Positions 14,971-23,710 of a DNA stretch of 34,168 nucleotides are shown here, in pieces (position 1 is the first letter of the stretch; each line of letters begins with the position of its first letter). The notes under the pieces are model-generated. The model was not told the DNA's origin. It saw only the letters and a list, made by a program, of their open reading frames with translations, and did no database searches. The translations under genes were made by a program, and so were the position numbers. Source of the DNA: a virus (Duplodnaviria; Heunggongvirae; Uroviricota; Caudoviricetes); IMG/VR virus record IMGVR_UViG_3300045996_000667, positions 91,546 through 125,713 of that record. The stretch is one strand, 5' to 3'.

Positions 14971-17865
14971 TTACACCGTAAACTTGCGGCTGTTACCGGC
15001 CGCCTTGATAGTCCTGGTCTGTCCCTGAGCCGCAAATGTGCGATGCTTTGGCGCACTATAGAACTCGGTGATTGGGGTAATCAGATCCGCCGTGACCGTC
15101 GCCCTCACTGTGGCGTTGCCGGTGACGAGAATCTCGGTTGTCAGGCTGGCAGTAGCCGAAGCCGAAGCCGTTGCGAGGGACGCTGGCGCAATCCGCGTGG
15201 TAATTGCTACGCTGACTGTCGCCGTTCCACCACACGCCGATGCGATCGGCTTGGCCGTTGTCAGGTCAACGCTGCAGGCTGTCGAGCCTAGGCATGCCGC
15301 CTCGAGCGACGAACCAGCCGACAACTGGGCTGCAACCGTGCAGTTACCACTCGCCGTCGAGTTCAGCGTTATCTGAGTTGTCAGGGCGCAGTTAACTGCC
15401 GCCGCTGTCGGGACCGTGGCCGCTGGCGTAACCTGAGTGGTCAGCGTGGCGTTCAGCGTTCCCGTCGCCGTAGCCGATGCTCCCGCTACTATCTGCGTGC
15501 TCAGGACAGCGTTAACAGTCGCTGTCATCTCCGACTGAGACGTCAGAGCGCCTGGGACAAGCAGAGTGGCACCGACCGTCGCCGTTCCAACTGGCGAGGC
15601 GGCCATCTGAATCTGAGTGGCCAGCGCTGCATTGAGAGTCGCTGTCGCAGAGGCTGTCGCCGCTGACGTAATCTGGGTGGACAGAGCCGCATTGACAGCC
15701 GCTGTTCCAGAGATGCCAGACGCGAGGCTAATCTGCGTGTTGAGCGTGGTCGGGTTGACCGTGCCAGTCAGGCTAACCGCGCTGGCAACTGGAATAGCCG
15801 TTGTCAGGCTGGCAGTGGCCGTAGCCGTGCCAGTAAATACCACCTCGCCAAGGTTGGTGATTGCCGGCGCTACCCTGATGGTAAAGAACTGACGACGCGA
15901 GGCGTGGATGCCAACCCTGTTACGATCCGTGATGAAAGTCGGATACAGGGTGTTGCCGGTCCACGACTCGACCGGGACATCGACCTCGACCCCGAACATC
16001 TGCTGTCCAGGAATCTGGTGAGCGTTGGTCCGACGACGGCTGATCGTGTCTGGGAAGACAGCGTCGAAGAACGTCGGCGCAGCTGGAGGCGTATCTGAGG
16101 GAAGATAAGCAACAACCGTCGACTGCTGACGCCTTGAAGTTGGATTACGCCTGTCCAGTATGAACTGCGGATAGAGCGTATTGCCTGTCCACGACTCGAC
16201 AGGAACCTCAATCTCCACCCCGAACATCTGCTGTCCAGGCTGTGGTGCCGTCACCCTGCGGCGAGGAACCATGTCTGGGTAAGTCGCATCCCAGCCCGTG
16301 ATTACCGCAGGAGCCGCTGGCGGAACCCTAACAGGTCCGACCAGGCTGACATACTGAATCCTTTTCTCAGGCATGATAATGCTCGCCTGAGACTGAGAGA
16401 CAACGCCAGTGATATACAGGCTAGCCTCTACCGAGGCCGTGAGGCTTGGGGCTGAGACTAGCGTGATTGACGTGTTCAGAGCCGCCGCTGCCGTGGCTGT
16501 GAGGCTCGGAGATGTGGCTAGCTCGATACCCGTGCTGAGAGCACCAGACACCGTGGCCGTGAGGCTTGGCGTGGTTGCTAGCGTGATCGCCGTGCTCAGA
16601 TTGCTAGACGCCGTGGCGGTTAGGCTTGGCGTTGCGACTAGCGGGATCGACGTGCTGAGAGAGGCCGAGACGCTGGCCGTGGCAGATGTCGATGCAACGA
16701 GCTCAGCAACAGACGTCTGCAGTCTGCCAACGTAGCCGCTTGTGACAGACGGATGCCTGCTATCGCGCCTACGAATGATGTCAGGGTATTCCGGCTGCCA
16801 GTTCGTTGTCAGCGTGCTTGCTGATGGGACGACGACAGGTCCGACTACCGACTGATACTGAACGACCTTGGCAGCACTGATAACGCCACTATTGCTCGGC
16901 GCGTCAGCATCTGCAGGCGTCGGAGGTGCTGGCTGTGGGAACGGAGCGACAGTGAAGCCGACAGGAATGTTAACCCTGCCTGGAATCCTGTCAACGTATG
17001 TCGGTTTCCACTTGTCAACACTATTCGTATCGACAGGCGGAACAACCACCGGAGCCGTAATCGACTGGTACTGAAGCTGTGTATATCTTAGGGTTGACGT
17101 GCCCTCACCGCGCGCAGCAGCGTCTGCAGGAGGAGCTGACGCCAGCATCGGCGTGAACGCCAGAGCGCCGGCCATAATAGCCGTTGACAGCGTTCGCTTC
17201 GCCAGAGGCTGATAGTCGACGCCCTCTGGCGGAGCTGTTGGCCCTAGGAACTGGATATCGTTAGCAAACTCGAGCCACGGGTTCAGCGTGGTTCCAGTGT
17301 CCGTATTGTTCTCGCCAAGGTCGCCACCAGCGCCGTCACCTCCCCATCGGATCGAGGCGTTGTGGCCCTGTGTGCCGCCAGCGGCTGCAGGCGTGCCAGT
17401 GACGCTGATCTCGACCACCAGGCGGTCCCCATCTGAGCAGGACACCGTATTGCTAAGGGTGCTGCTAAGGAACCTGTTAGTGAGAGCAGTAGCAATCTCA
17501 GTGGCATGGGTCGTCTTAGACCGAATAGTGCCAACAGCACTGCTTCCGGCCTCGTTGACGATGCCCATCCAGATCTGGACGTTTAGGTTGTTGCTGTTAT
17601 TCGACTCTAGGCACTGGAGAGCGAACTTAAAGACGTCCCCAGATGTGAAGGTCTGAGCCTTGAGAGGGTCCGAAATAAACTGGACGTGTAGCGCATCGCC
17701 GGCGACAAGGTGGTCGGCGGCGTCAGGGGTTACGGCTTCGGTGGTAAGAGTCGTTCCAGTGGCCAGCAGCAGCTGCCGCCTCGTCGTTGAGGCGTGCGAA
17801 TACGACTGCGTAGCCGGGGAAACGGTTGCCGCGCCGGACGATGGGAAGCGAAAACGAGTCGCCAC
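14971..17865 (-). CDS. Large Thr/Ala-rich repeat protein, probable virion fibre
   Basis: 964 aa; two arrays of about 20-aa L-x-T-x-I...TAT repeats, Pro-rich spacers; flanked by adaptor and fibre genes. Confidence 0.6.
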   Translation of the reverse strand: MATRFRFPSSGAATVSPATQSYSHASTTRRQLLLATGTTLTTEAVTPDAADHLVAGDALHVQFISDPLKAQTFTSGDVFKFALQCLESNNSNNLNVQIWMGIVNEAGSSAVGTIRSKTTHATEIATALTNRFLSSTLSNTVSCSDGDRLVVEISVTGTPAAAGGTQGHNASIRWGGDGAGGDLGENNTDTGTTLNPWLEFANDIQFLGPTAPPEGVDYQPLAKRTLSTAIMAGALAFTPMLASAPPADAAARGEGTSTLRYTQLQYQSITAPVVVPPVDTNSVDKWKPTYVDRIPGRVNIPVGFTVAPFPQPAPPTPADADAPSNSGVISAAKVVQYQSVVGPVVVPSASTLTTNWQPEYPDIIRRRDSRHPSVTSGYVGRLQTSVAELVASTSATASVSASLSTSIPLVATPSLTATASSNLSTAITLATTPSLTATVSGALSTGIELATSPSLTATAAAALNTSITLVSAPSLTASVEASLYITGVVSQSQASIIMPEKRIQYVSLVGPVRVPPAAPAVITGWDATYPDMVPRRRVTAPQPGQQMFGVEIEVPVESWTGNTLYPQFILDRRNPTSRRQQSTVVAYLPSDTPPAAPTFFDAVFPDTISRRRTNAHQIPGQQMFGVEVDVPVESWTGNTLYPTFITDRNRVGIHASRRQFFTIRVAPAITNLGEVVFTGTATATASLTTAIPVASAVSLTGTVNPTTLNTQISLASGISGTAAVNAALSTQITSAATASATATLNAALATQIQMAASPVGTATVGATLLVPGALTSQSEMTATVNAVLSTQIVAGASATATGTLNATLTTQVTPAATVPTAAAVNCALTTQITLNSTASGNCTVAAQLSAGSSLEAACLGSTACSVDLTTAKPIASACGGTATVSVAITTRIAPASLATASASATASLTTEILVTGNATVRATVTADLITPITEFYSAPKHRTFAAQGQTRTIKAAGNSRKFTV
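15959..16239. repeat. Internal 228-bp (76-aa) duplication in the large fibre gene
   Basis: Identical 23-mer at 15989-16011 and 16217-16239, identical 14-mer at 15959-15972 and 16187-16200; both offset by 228 bp (GQQMFGVE..VPVESWTGNTLYP twice). Confidence 0.85.
16420..16700. repeat. 60-bp period tandem repeat (20-aa units)
   Basis: GT(G/T)AGGCT(T/C)GG recurs at about 16439, 16499, 16559 and 16619. Confidence 0.85.
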
Positions 17866-17866
17866 C

Positions 17867-18658
17867 TTATCCTACCGATGAACCTGGATCAAAACCTGAA
17901 GGGATGATTACTACCTGCGGGCCGCGAACGACCTGAACTCGTGGAAGCCACGCCAATGACGGGCCAGCGCCGCCGCCTGATCCTGTGTCTTCGTTGAGCG
18001 CGAATGCGAACTCTATGGCGATGGTTGTGCCGCTCCAAGCTGCGCCTGAACCGTTACCCCAGTTCGTGTTGACCGTTCCGCCTGTGCCAGCCCATGAGGC
18101 GATACCCATGTAGAACCCACCCAATCCACTGTCCTCGTCGTGGGCAGTGGTCGGAGAGTTGGCACCGACGTTGGCCATGGTCTTGTTGTCAACGACGGCA
18201 ATCGACATGACAATGTCTGTCAAGTCGGTAGGCACGCCTGTCGACAGACTGGTTAATGCCGCATTTTCAGTGGCTAGAATGGTGTCGTTCGGAGTCGTCT
18301 GGTTGTTATCGTTAACAACAATGAATCCGACAGCCCAGTGACGGTTGTTGAACGCTGGCGCAGACGAGATCGTGAAGGAGGCCAAGCCTCCAGTGCCGGT
18401 AGGATTAGTAACCCTAAAGAGTCCTACATACGGGCCAGTGATCGTGTTGCGCTTAACTTCCTGGGCCGAGATATCAACGCCGTTCCAAGTGGCAGTGATA
18501 ACCCTAGCGGACGAGTCGCCCTGGTCATCGAACGCGGCCACAATGTATAGCGTCTGACGGTCAGCGTCAGTAATGTTAGCCTGAGCAAGCGTGCCAGTGA
18601 TTGCTGTGGCAGTAACTGCAGAAACGACGATATCTGCGAGCGCAATAGTCTGAGCCAT
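17867..18658 (-). CDS. Putative virion/tail-associated beta-rich protein
   Basis: 263 aa, T/G/A/N-rich, in the fibre module; AAAGGGA SD. Confidence 0.5.
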   Translation of the reverse strand: MAQTIALADIVVSAVTATAITGTLAQANITDADRQTLYIVAAFDDQGDSSARVITATWNGVDISAQEVKRNTITGPYVGLFRVTNPTGTGGLASFTISSAPAFNNRHWAVGFIVVNDNNQTTPNDTILATENAALTSLSTGVPTDLTDIVMSIAVVDNKTMANVGANSPTTAHDEDSGLGGFYMGIASWAGTGGTVNTNWGNGSGAAWSGTTIAIEFAFALNEDTGSGGGAGPSLAWLPRVQVVRGPQVVIIPSGFDPGSSVG

Positions 18659-18667
18659 TTATCCCTT

Positions 18668-18686
18668 TACACGCAATCCTAGTGTA
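18668..18686. promoter_or_regulatory. Operator-like site TACAC-N9-GTGTA abutting the SD of gene 18658
   Basis: Fills the 31-bp intergenic gap; same geometry as the capsid-gene site. Confidence 0.55.
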
Positions 18687-18689
18687 TTG

Positions 18690-20351
18690 TTACTGACGCG
18701 CGTGACCGCGTGGGTCAGCACTGGAAGGACCATAATTCGTCAGGTTTGAACCCTGCAATAGTCCAGTCGATGTGCTGACGATAGAGCCATCCGCTAGGCC
18801 CTGTAGAACAGTGGCAGCGATGGATATTGTCGAGAAGTTGACAACTCCTGAGCAGGTTATGCGCTGTGGACAGGACCCGCCAGACCCGCCAGTGTTGGCA
18901 ATGACGTCTCTGACGAACGAGTAGAGGTCGCCAGTGTCAGCACCGTTAACCTGAACTCGGCCTTGGTAGGTATTCCTGTAGGAGTAGAACGGTCCTACCG
19001 TGGCGTTGCTGGCTCCGAAGTCGTTGTAGATTGCAGCGTAACCTCCAGCGGCCAAGGCATTATTGAAGAGCACCTCGCCGCGAACCTGCACGTTTACCTC
19101 GTGCTGACTGCCGCCGATACACGGCACCTGAACAGGCAGTCCTGAACAGTTGTTGTTGATGATCGAGAAGTCCTGAATGTCGGCCTTCATCGAGAACATC
19201 GCGTCCGCTTCTCCAGTGTAGGAGTGAACGTTCGTTACATCGTTATTGATGTAGACAGGCTCGATTTGCGCGTATGCCTTGACAAAGTTAAAAGACGACC
19301 CGTACTGAATGTCTGTGGCAACGTTGTTGGCTACGATGTCGTGATACGACTCTGATCCTACCTGCGAGACATACATGATGTAGGCAGTGTTGGAGCTGTC
19401 CACGCCTGGTCCACCGCCGGTCAGCAGGTTGCGCCAGATCACAGAGCCATAGCGGCTGGTGCGCTCTGTCTCGCCCATGCACTTGCCGCCGCAGTCCTGA
19501 TGCCTAATGCCTTCGACCCAGATGTTCTGACCTCGCAGATACATCAAGTTAGGAGGATTGCCAGGATTGTGGTCGTCGTAGTCGAGCGTTGGCATCGTGT
19601 CGCCTGGGTAGGCAATCAGGATGACTGGCTCACCACGATCTTCGCGAAGCTGTGCTTCCGTCCCGTCCTGTAGAGGAAACGACGTCCAGTTGTAGGTGTT
19701 GCCACCACCAGGCGTCTGGTCGCGCAGGTAGACGACCGCACGAGCGCAAGGATCCAATGGATCTTCCTTAAGCTTGGCCATCGTGCGATAGGGACTCAAC
19801 AGTGAGCCTGTGCCGCTATCGCTGCCGGTGTCAGCGTCTAGGAAGCAGAATCCGTCTGGTCCGATCGTTGTGGAGACGGTAATGCTCCACGTCTGCTGGT
19901 CGGTATCGCCGTCAGCGTCAGTGCATGTCGCGGTAATATTGCTGGCACTGGCTGTAGGATTTGGCCAGTTAATGAAGCCAGCCTCGTTAGCAGACCCGTT
20001 TACCGTGCTAGATGCAGTAATTGTCATCCCTGACGGGGCGTTAGTCAGGGAGAAGGTATACGGGTACTGTCCTCCTCGGCATACAACAGGAATCCTGTAC
20101 TGCAGGCCGTTATAGGCTCTATAGATCCTGTTACTGGCTTGATGGCGTGGCGTGGTTCCGGCGGTGCCAGTAGGCGTAGGGAGGACCATCTTGAGGGTAG
20201 TGTGGTCCCCGTAATCCTGCGGGTCAGTACCGCCACCGCCTCCCTGCTGCTGGGAGCCAGTACCGGTAAGACGGCCGCCTGAGATGAACTGACCTGCAGC
20301 TAGCAAATTCGCTGCGCAGGCTATTGCTAGGACTGAGATCAGTAGCTTCAT
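18690..20351 (-). CDS. Signal-peptide protein with an Ig-like domain and a right-handed beta-helix (depolymerase-like)
   Basis: ATG 20351 overlaps the upstream TGA and gives MKLLISVLAIACAANLLAAG; 'GGQYPYTFSLTNAPSGMTI' Ig-like; 'DTGSDSGTGSLLSPYRT' then N/G/V-rich beta-helix repeats. Confidence 0.65.
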   Translation of the reverse strand: MKLLISVLAIACAANLLAAGQFISGGRLTGTGSQQQGGGGGTDPQDYGDHTTLKMVLPTPTGTAGTTPRHQASNRIYRAYNGLQYRIPVVCRGGQYPYTFSLTNAPSGMTITASSTVNGSANEAGFINWPNPTASASNITATCTDADGDTDQQTWSITVSTTIGPDGFCFLDADTGSDSGTGSLLSPYRTMAKLKEDPLDPCARAVVYLRDQTPGGGNTYNWTSFPLQDGTEAQLREDRGEPVILIAYPGDTMPTLDYDDHNPGNPPNLMYLRGQNIWVEGIRHQDCGGKCMGETERTSRYGSVIWRNLLTGGGPGVDSSNTAYIMYVSQVGSESYHDIVANNVATDIQYGSSFNFVKAYAQIEPVYINNDVTNVHSYTGEADAMFSMKADIQDFSIINNNCSGLPVQVPCIGGSQHEVNVQVRGEVLFNNALAAGGYAAIYNDFGASNATVGPFYSYRNTYQGRVQVNGADTGDLYSFVRDVIANTGGSGGSCPQRITCSGVVNFSTISIAATVLQGLADGSIVSTSTGLLQGSNLTNYGPSSADPRGHARQ

Positions 20352-20650
20352 GCTATTCCTATTCGATCCAGCAGTCGCCGGCGCGACTCTTGGGCTTCGA
20401 TTCTCTTCTCGAGGGGCGTGCAGCGGCCGTCTTCGTAGCAGTGAAGACAGATGGCTCGCATACAGCATCGGCAGGCCGCGCCCATTTCCTCTTTGTCTGG
20501 AAGGTTGACGCCTTGAGGAACTAGATAGACTGTTTGGGCTGACCCAGGCTTGACAAAAACTATCGCGTTACAGTGACCACAAGTGATGGTGTCGCGTTCG
20601 ATTGTGTGCGCCTGACTTGTGATGATTAGATACCCTTGCGGACGAAGCAT
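20348..20650 (-). CDS. Cys-rich Zn-finger-like protein
   Basis: 'TCGHCN', 'CRCCMRAICLHC...C'; coupled at both ends. Confidence 0.65.
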   Translation of the reverse strand: MLRPQGYLIITSQAHTIERDTITCGHCNAIVFVKPGSAQTVYLVPQGVNLPDKEEMGAACRCCMRAICLHCYEDGRCTPLEKRIEAQESRRRLLDRIGIA

Positions 20651-20838
20651 TACTCACCAATTTCGACGGCATCGACTGGTAGGCAATAGGCAGGAGTGAG
20701 CTCCATCCCACGCCGCGCGAGGATCGCAAAGCGTGTGTTTTCCACTTCTGTAGCGTGGCGCTTCGCGTCCTCGGCAGTGCCGTCTGTTGAAACCAGGACG
20801 TGACGCCCATCGCTGAGCGTCACCCGGTAGAGGGGCAT
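20650..20838 (-). CDS. Hypothetical protein (62 aa)
   Basis: TAATG coupling at both ends. Confidence 0.6.
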   Translation of the reverse strand: MPLYRVTLSDGRHVLVSTDGTAEDAKRHATEVENTRFAILARRGMELTPAYCLPVDAVEIGE

Positions 20839-21299
20839 TACTGCTCCTCGAAGTGAACCGTCATCGTCGCAAGCGGGGTGCCTGTGTTGATGGTCGGTGT
20901 GCGGAACCCGATCGAGTGGTTAGCCGTGGCCGGAATCACTAGCTCGCCACCAGGTGCAGCAACCCATCGGAAGCTCGCGCGCTGGTTAAGAGCCACTGAC
21001 AGAAGCGGAACGGTCGCGTAGTTCGTTGGCTCGGCGGTGTAATTCTCGAGCGCCGCTGTCAGCGCAGCCGCATCAGCAGGATCGAGTGGGGCAGGAGTCA
21101 CTGACGTCGCTGTGCCCTGGCCTGTGGCGTCAACGCGGGTAGCTGTGAACAGAATCGCAGCGTCAGCAGGCGTAGCCTCTGAGCCGAAGATAAGGTCGTA
21201 CAGCTTCGCGCGGCGCACAGTTGTGGCGTTGCAACGAATGGCTCCTAGCGTAGTCGCTGAGCCGAGAGTGTCCTGCAGTTCAACTGCATACTTTGCCAT
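20838..21299 (-). CDS. Putative virion structural protein
   Basis: 153 aa, A/T-rich beta protein; AGGAG SD; in the fibre module. Confidence 0.55.
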   Translation of the reverse strand: MAKYAVELQDTLGSATTLGAIRCNATTVRRAKLYDLIFGSEATPADAAILFTATRVDATGQGTATSVTPAPLDPADAAALTAALENYTAEPTNYATVPLLSVALNQRASFRWVAAPGGELVIPATANHSIGFRTPTINTGTPLATMTVHFEEQ

Positions 21300-21391
21300 G
21301 TGTACTGTCTCCTAAAAGGTGGGACCGAAATTTGATGCGCAGTGTGAGGCCCGTCCACCACGCAATTGGAGTGGAAGTAAGAAGACGAGCC

Positions 21392-21997
21392 TTATGCGAA
21401 GGTGATGTCCAGTGCTCCGATGGAGATGGACGGCCCAGGATCGCCGTTGTTGACTGTCTTGTTCTGGGCGAGTGCTCCCCAGACCATGAGGTTGCCGCCG
21501 GTGGCGCGGTCGAATACTCCGACGCCGGTAATAGTTCCCCAGTTGGCCGAAGGGGTTGGGAAGTTGATGGCTGCCGCGTTGTCGGTCAAGCCGTCGGTGC
21601 CGCTAGTACCAGTCCAGTTCGAATCCGAAGGATCCACCTGAACGCGGGCATAGCTGCCACCAGACACTTCCGTGCCTGCACCAGCCGCTTCAGAGCCGGT
21701 CGAAGGGTTAGTGGTGAAAAGGCCGATGTAGACTGGACGCTTCGGTAGCCCCTGCTTCAGCGTTAGCCACGTCACGGCGCCATCTGTGGTGGTCTGGCCG
21801 AGAGACGTGTTGAACGCTGGCGGCGCACCGGCCGTGGTGCCACCTGTAATGCATTCGTAAACTGAGAGGTCGGACGTTCCCAGCATGACTCTGTCGCCCG
21901 CGCTATAAGCTGTCGAGTTCGCTCGCACGGTAACAGTTGAGGTGCGGAAGAGCGCTTTGCGAACCTCTACCTCCAAGTAGTCGGACATATTTGACAT
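21392..21997 (-). CDS. Phage tail-fibre-associated protein with an inserted carbohydrate-binding-like segment
   Basis: 'MSDYLE...VYIGLFTTNP...EVSGGSYARV...INFPTPSANWGTITGVGVFD...GGNL' family core; insert 'RANSTAYSAGDRV...VYECITGGTT...TDGAVTW'. Confidence 0.75.
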   Translation of the reverse strand: MSNMSDYLEVEVRKALFRTSTVTVRANSTAYSAGDRVMLGTSDLSVYECITGGTTAGAPPAFNTSLGQTTTDGAVTWLTLKQGLPKRPVYIGLFTTNPSTGSEAAGAGTEVSGGSYARVQVDPSDSNWTGTSGTDGLTDNAAAINFPTPSANWGTITGVGVFDRATGGNLMVWGALAQNKTVNNGDPGPSISIGALDITFA

Positions 21998-22044
21998 GTG
22001 TGCTTGTTCCTTTTTTCTGACGAAATCTAGCGGCGGGAAAAGCC

Positions 22045-22073
22045 TTGACAGGCGAGCCGATCCCTGATACTCT
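22045..22073 (+). promoter_or_regulatory. Sigma70-like promoter of the right arm
   Basis: TTGACA-17-TACTCT; a near-match operator TACAC-N9-GTGCA (22113-22131) lies just before the AAGGAG SD. Confidence 0.65.
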
Positions 22074-22143
22074 TAGTATGGAGTGGCGCGGTTTTACGAA
22101 GGGCACACGTGATACACAAGCACTACGTGCAGAAGGAGTTGCG

Positions 22144-22983
22144 ATGCCAGAAACTGAAAAGTCTCGTCAGATAGCCGAACCGAACATTATCCTAAGAGTC
22201 GAGGTTGGTTCGACTGTCCACGGCGTCAGCCTCGAGGGAACCGACGACCGTGACGAGATGGGTGTGTGCCTTGAACCGCCGCACTACGTGGTCGGCCTCG
22301 GCTCCTTCGACCACTGGCAGTACCGGACAGCGCTGGAAAGGATGAAGGCAGCCCGAGAGGCCGGACAGGTCTTCCCACCTGACTACACACCTCGGTCAGA
22401 GCCTGGCGACCTTGACCTGATTGTCTATAGCCTGCGCAAGTGGGTCAGGATGGCTCTTAAGGGCAACCCGTCTGCCATGATGCTCCTCTTCTCACCAAAG
22501 TGCATCCACATCGATAAGTTCGGTGAGGAGCTGAGAAAGCTGGCACCCGCGTTCGCCTCTAAGAAGGTTGGCAAGGCGTATCTAGGGTATATGACCCAAC
22601 AGAAGGAGCGCCTGCTCGGCAAGCGTGGTCAGAGGGATGTCACGCGCAGGGAGCTGATCGACAAGTATGGCTTCGACACGAAGTACGCCTACCATGTCCT
22701 GCGCCTCGGCTATCAGGGCACTGAGTACATGGTGACAGGCTCTCTCGACCTGCCATTGGCTGACCATATCCGTCAGCACCTTCTCGATGTCAGGACTGGC
22801 AAGGTTACGCTGGTGAAGGTCGTGCAGGAGGCTGACGCCATCGAGAATCAATTGGAACTGCTGCTCGATGCCAGCCCGCTGCCAGACGAGCCACACACTG
22901 CCATCGTTGACCAGTTTGTCCAGGATGCCTACGCTGAGCACTGGGGCTGGTACCCTGATGCCGCTGTCAGGAACATGCGATGA
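22144..22983 (+). CDS. Pol-beta superfamily nucleotidyltransferase (RlaP/YcgL-like)
   Basis: AAGGAG SD before ATG 22144; 'VGSTVHG...DDRDEMGV', 'YSLRKWVRMALKGNP', 'DTKYAYHVLRL'. Confidence 0.85.
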   Translation: MPETEKSRQIAEPNIILRVEVGSTVHGVSLEGTDDRDEMGVCLEPPHYVVGLGSFDHWQYRTALERMKAAREAGQVFPPDYTPRSEPGDLDLIVYSLRKWVRMALKGNPSAMMLLFSPKCIHIDKFGEELRKLAPAFASKKVGKAYLGYMTQQKERLLGKRGQRDVTRRELIDKYGFDTKYAYHVLRLGYQGTEYMVTGSLDLPLADHIRQHLLDVRTGKVTLVKVVQEADAIENQLELLLDASPLPDEPHTAIVDQFVQDAYAEHWGWYPDAAVRNMR

Positions 22984-23165
22984 CTGACAAGAACCTAGAG
23001 TTCTTCGCTGCTCTTGAATGCTACTACCCTCTCCAACAGCCGTGCAAGTCCTGCTATAAGCCAGGCTATGGCCACTACAGCATAAGCAGGATATGCGTCT
23101 CGTGTTATCACGCTAACGTGATACATCGCGTAGAAGAATGCGATATCTGCGGATGGAAACTCTAG
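22980..23165 (+). CDS. Small Zn-finger protein, EF[FW] family member 1
   Basis: MTDKNLEFFAAL...CKSC...H...CVSCYH...CDIC; ATGA-coupled. Confidence 0.65.
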   Translation: MTDKNLEFFAALECYYPLQQPCKSCYKPGYGHYSISRICVSCYHANVIHRVEECDICGWKL

Positions 23166-23347
23166 ACAAGAACGCAGAGTTCTTTATAGCGCTGCACGAC
23201 TTCCCGCGCCTAAAATTTCCGTGCTACAACTGCCACCAGCACGGGAATACTCATTGGGTCTGGGATGCCCAATGCGTCTCGTGTTATCACGACATAATGC
23301 GATCAGTCGGGGCTACGCAATGTCTAATATGCCTAGTGAGCCTGTAG
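23153..23347 (+). CDS. Small Zn-finger protein, EF[FW] family member 2 (paralog of the previous gene)
   Basis: METLDKNAEFFIAL...CYNC...H...CVSCYH...CLIC. Confidence 0.65.
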   Translation: METLDKNAEFFIALHDFPRLKFPCYNCHQHGNTHWVWDAQCVSCYHDIMRSVGATQCLICLVSL

Positions 23348-23577
23348 ACGAGTTCTGGGACGCGGTCGGGGCCACGTGGGCGAAGCTGCAATGCGGCCGA
23401 TGCGCTGGCGTGACGCCGTGGCGAATCACTGGAAATCCTTCTGGCTACGCCTTCGACTGCGCCTGTACCGTCTGCGGCCAATTTGGAATCTGGCCAAAAG
23501 AGCTATGGAAGATCATGGTAGAGAACGACTTGGACGATGTCGGTGTTGCGAGGCTTATGCTTAAAGATAGACTGTAG
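23329..23577 (+). CDS. Small Zn-finger protein, EF[FW] family member 3
   Basis: MPSEPVDEFWDAV...CGRC...CACTVC; alternative start ATG 23320. Confidence 0.6.
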   Translation: MPSEPVDEFWDAVGATWAKLQCGRCAGVTPWRITGNPSGYAFDCACTVCGQFGIWPKELWKIMVENDLDDVGVARLMLKDRL

Positions 23578-23584
23578 AAAGGCC

Positions 23585-23613
23585 TTGACATACACAGTTT
23601 CCTTGTGTATAGT
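23585..23613 (+). promoter_or_regulatory. Sigma70 promoter with an embedded operator, upstream of RNR
   Basis: TTGACA-17-TATAGT; spacer carries TACAC-N9-GTGTA (23591-23609). Confidence 0.85.
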
Positions 23614-23672
23614 GTGTGCATCCTGATTTTCATGTGGTCAGGACGAGTGGTTAATGCTGCCACTGCACGCTT

Positions 23673-23710
23673 GGGCGGTAGGAAGGCCGAATCCTGCCGC
23701 CCTTCTTTAT
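23673..23710 (+). terminator. Intrinsic terminator/attenuator in the RNR leader
   Basis: GGGCGGTAGGA-N8-TCCTGCCGCCC (11 bp, one G-U) followed by TTCTTTAT. Confidence 0.7.

Noticed and set aside
20352-20468. Longer N-terminus for the beta-helix gene as in the ORF track
   Set aside because: Overlaps gene 20348-20650 by 120 bp; the ATGA-coupled start at 20351 gives a clean signal peptide.
21310-21390. Stem-loop (GGTGGA-GGGCC/GGTCC-CACC on the minus strand) before gene 21299 as a riboswitch
   Set aside because: A single imperfect hairpin with no known aptamer motif; could arise by chance at this GC content.
23591-23609. Operator as an NrdR box, since it precedes an RNR
   Set aside because: The NrdR consensus is 16 bp with ACAC-N8-GTGT geometry and an AT-rich centre. 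These sites are ACAC-N9-GTGT and also occur at capsid and terminase genes.
23640-23702. Canonical cobalamin riboswitch
   Set aside because: Only GCCACTG, GGAAGGC and CCTGCC fragments match. The GGGAA/T-loop and CCCGC-AACTGT core is missing. Kept only as an unclassified leader.
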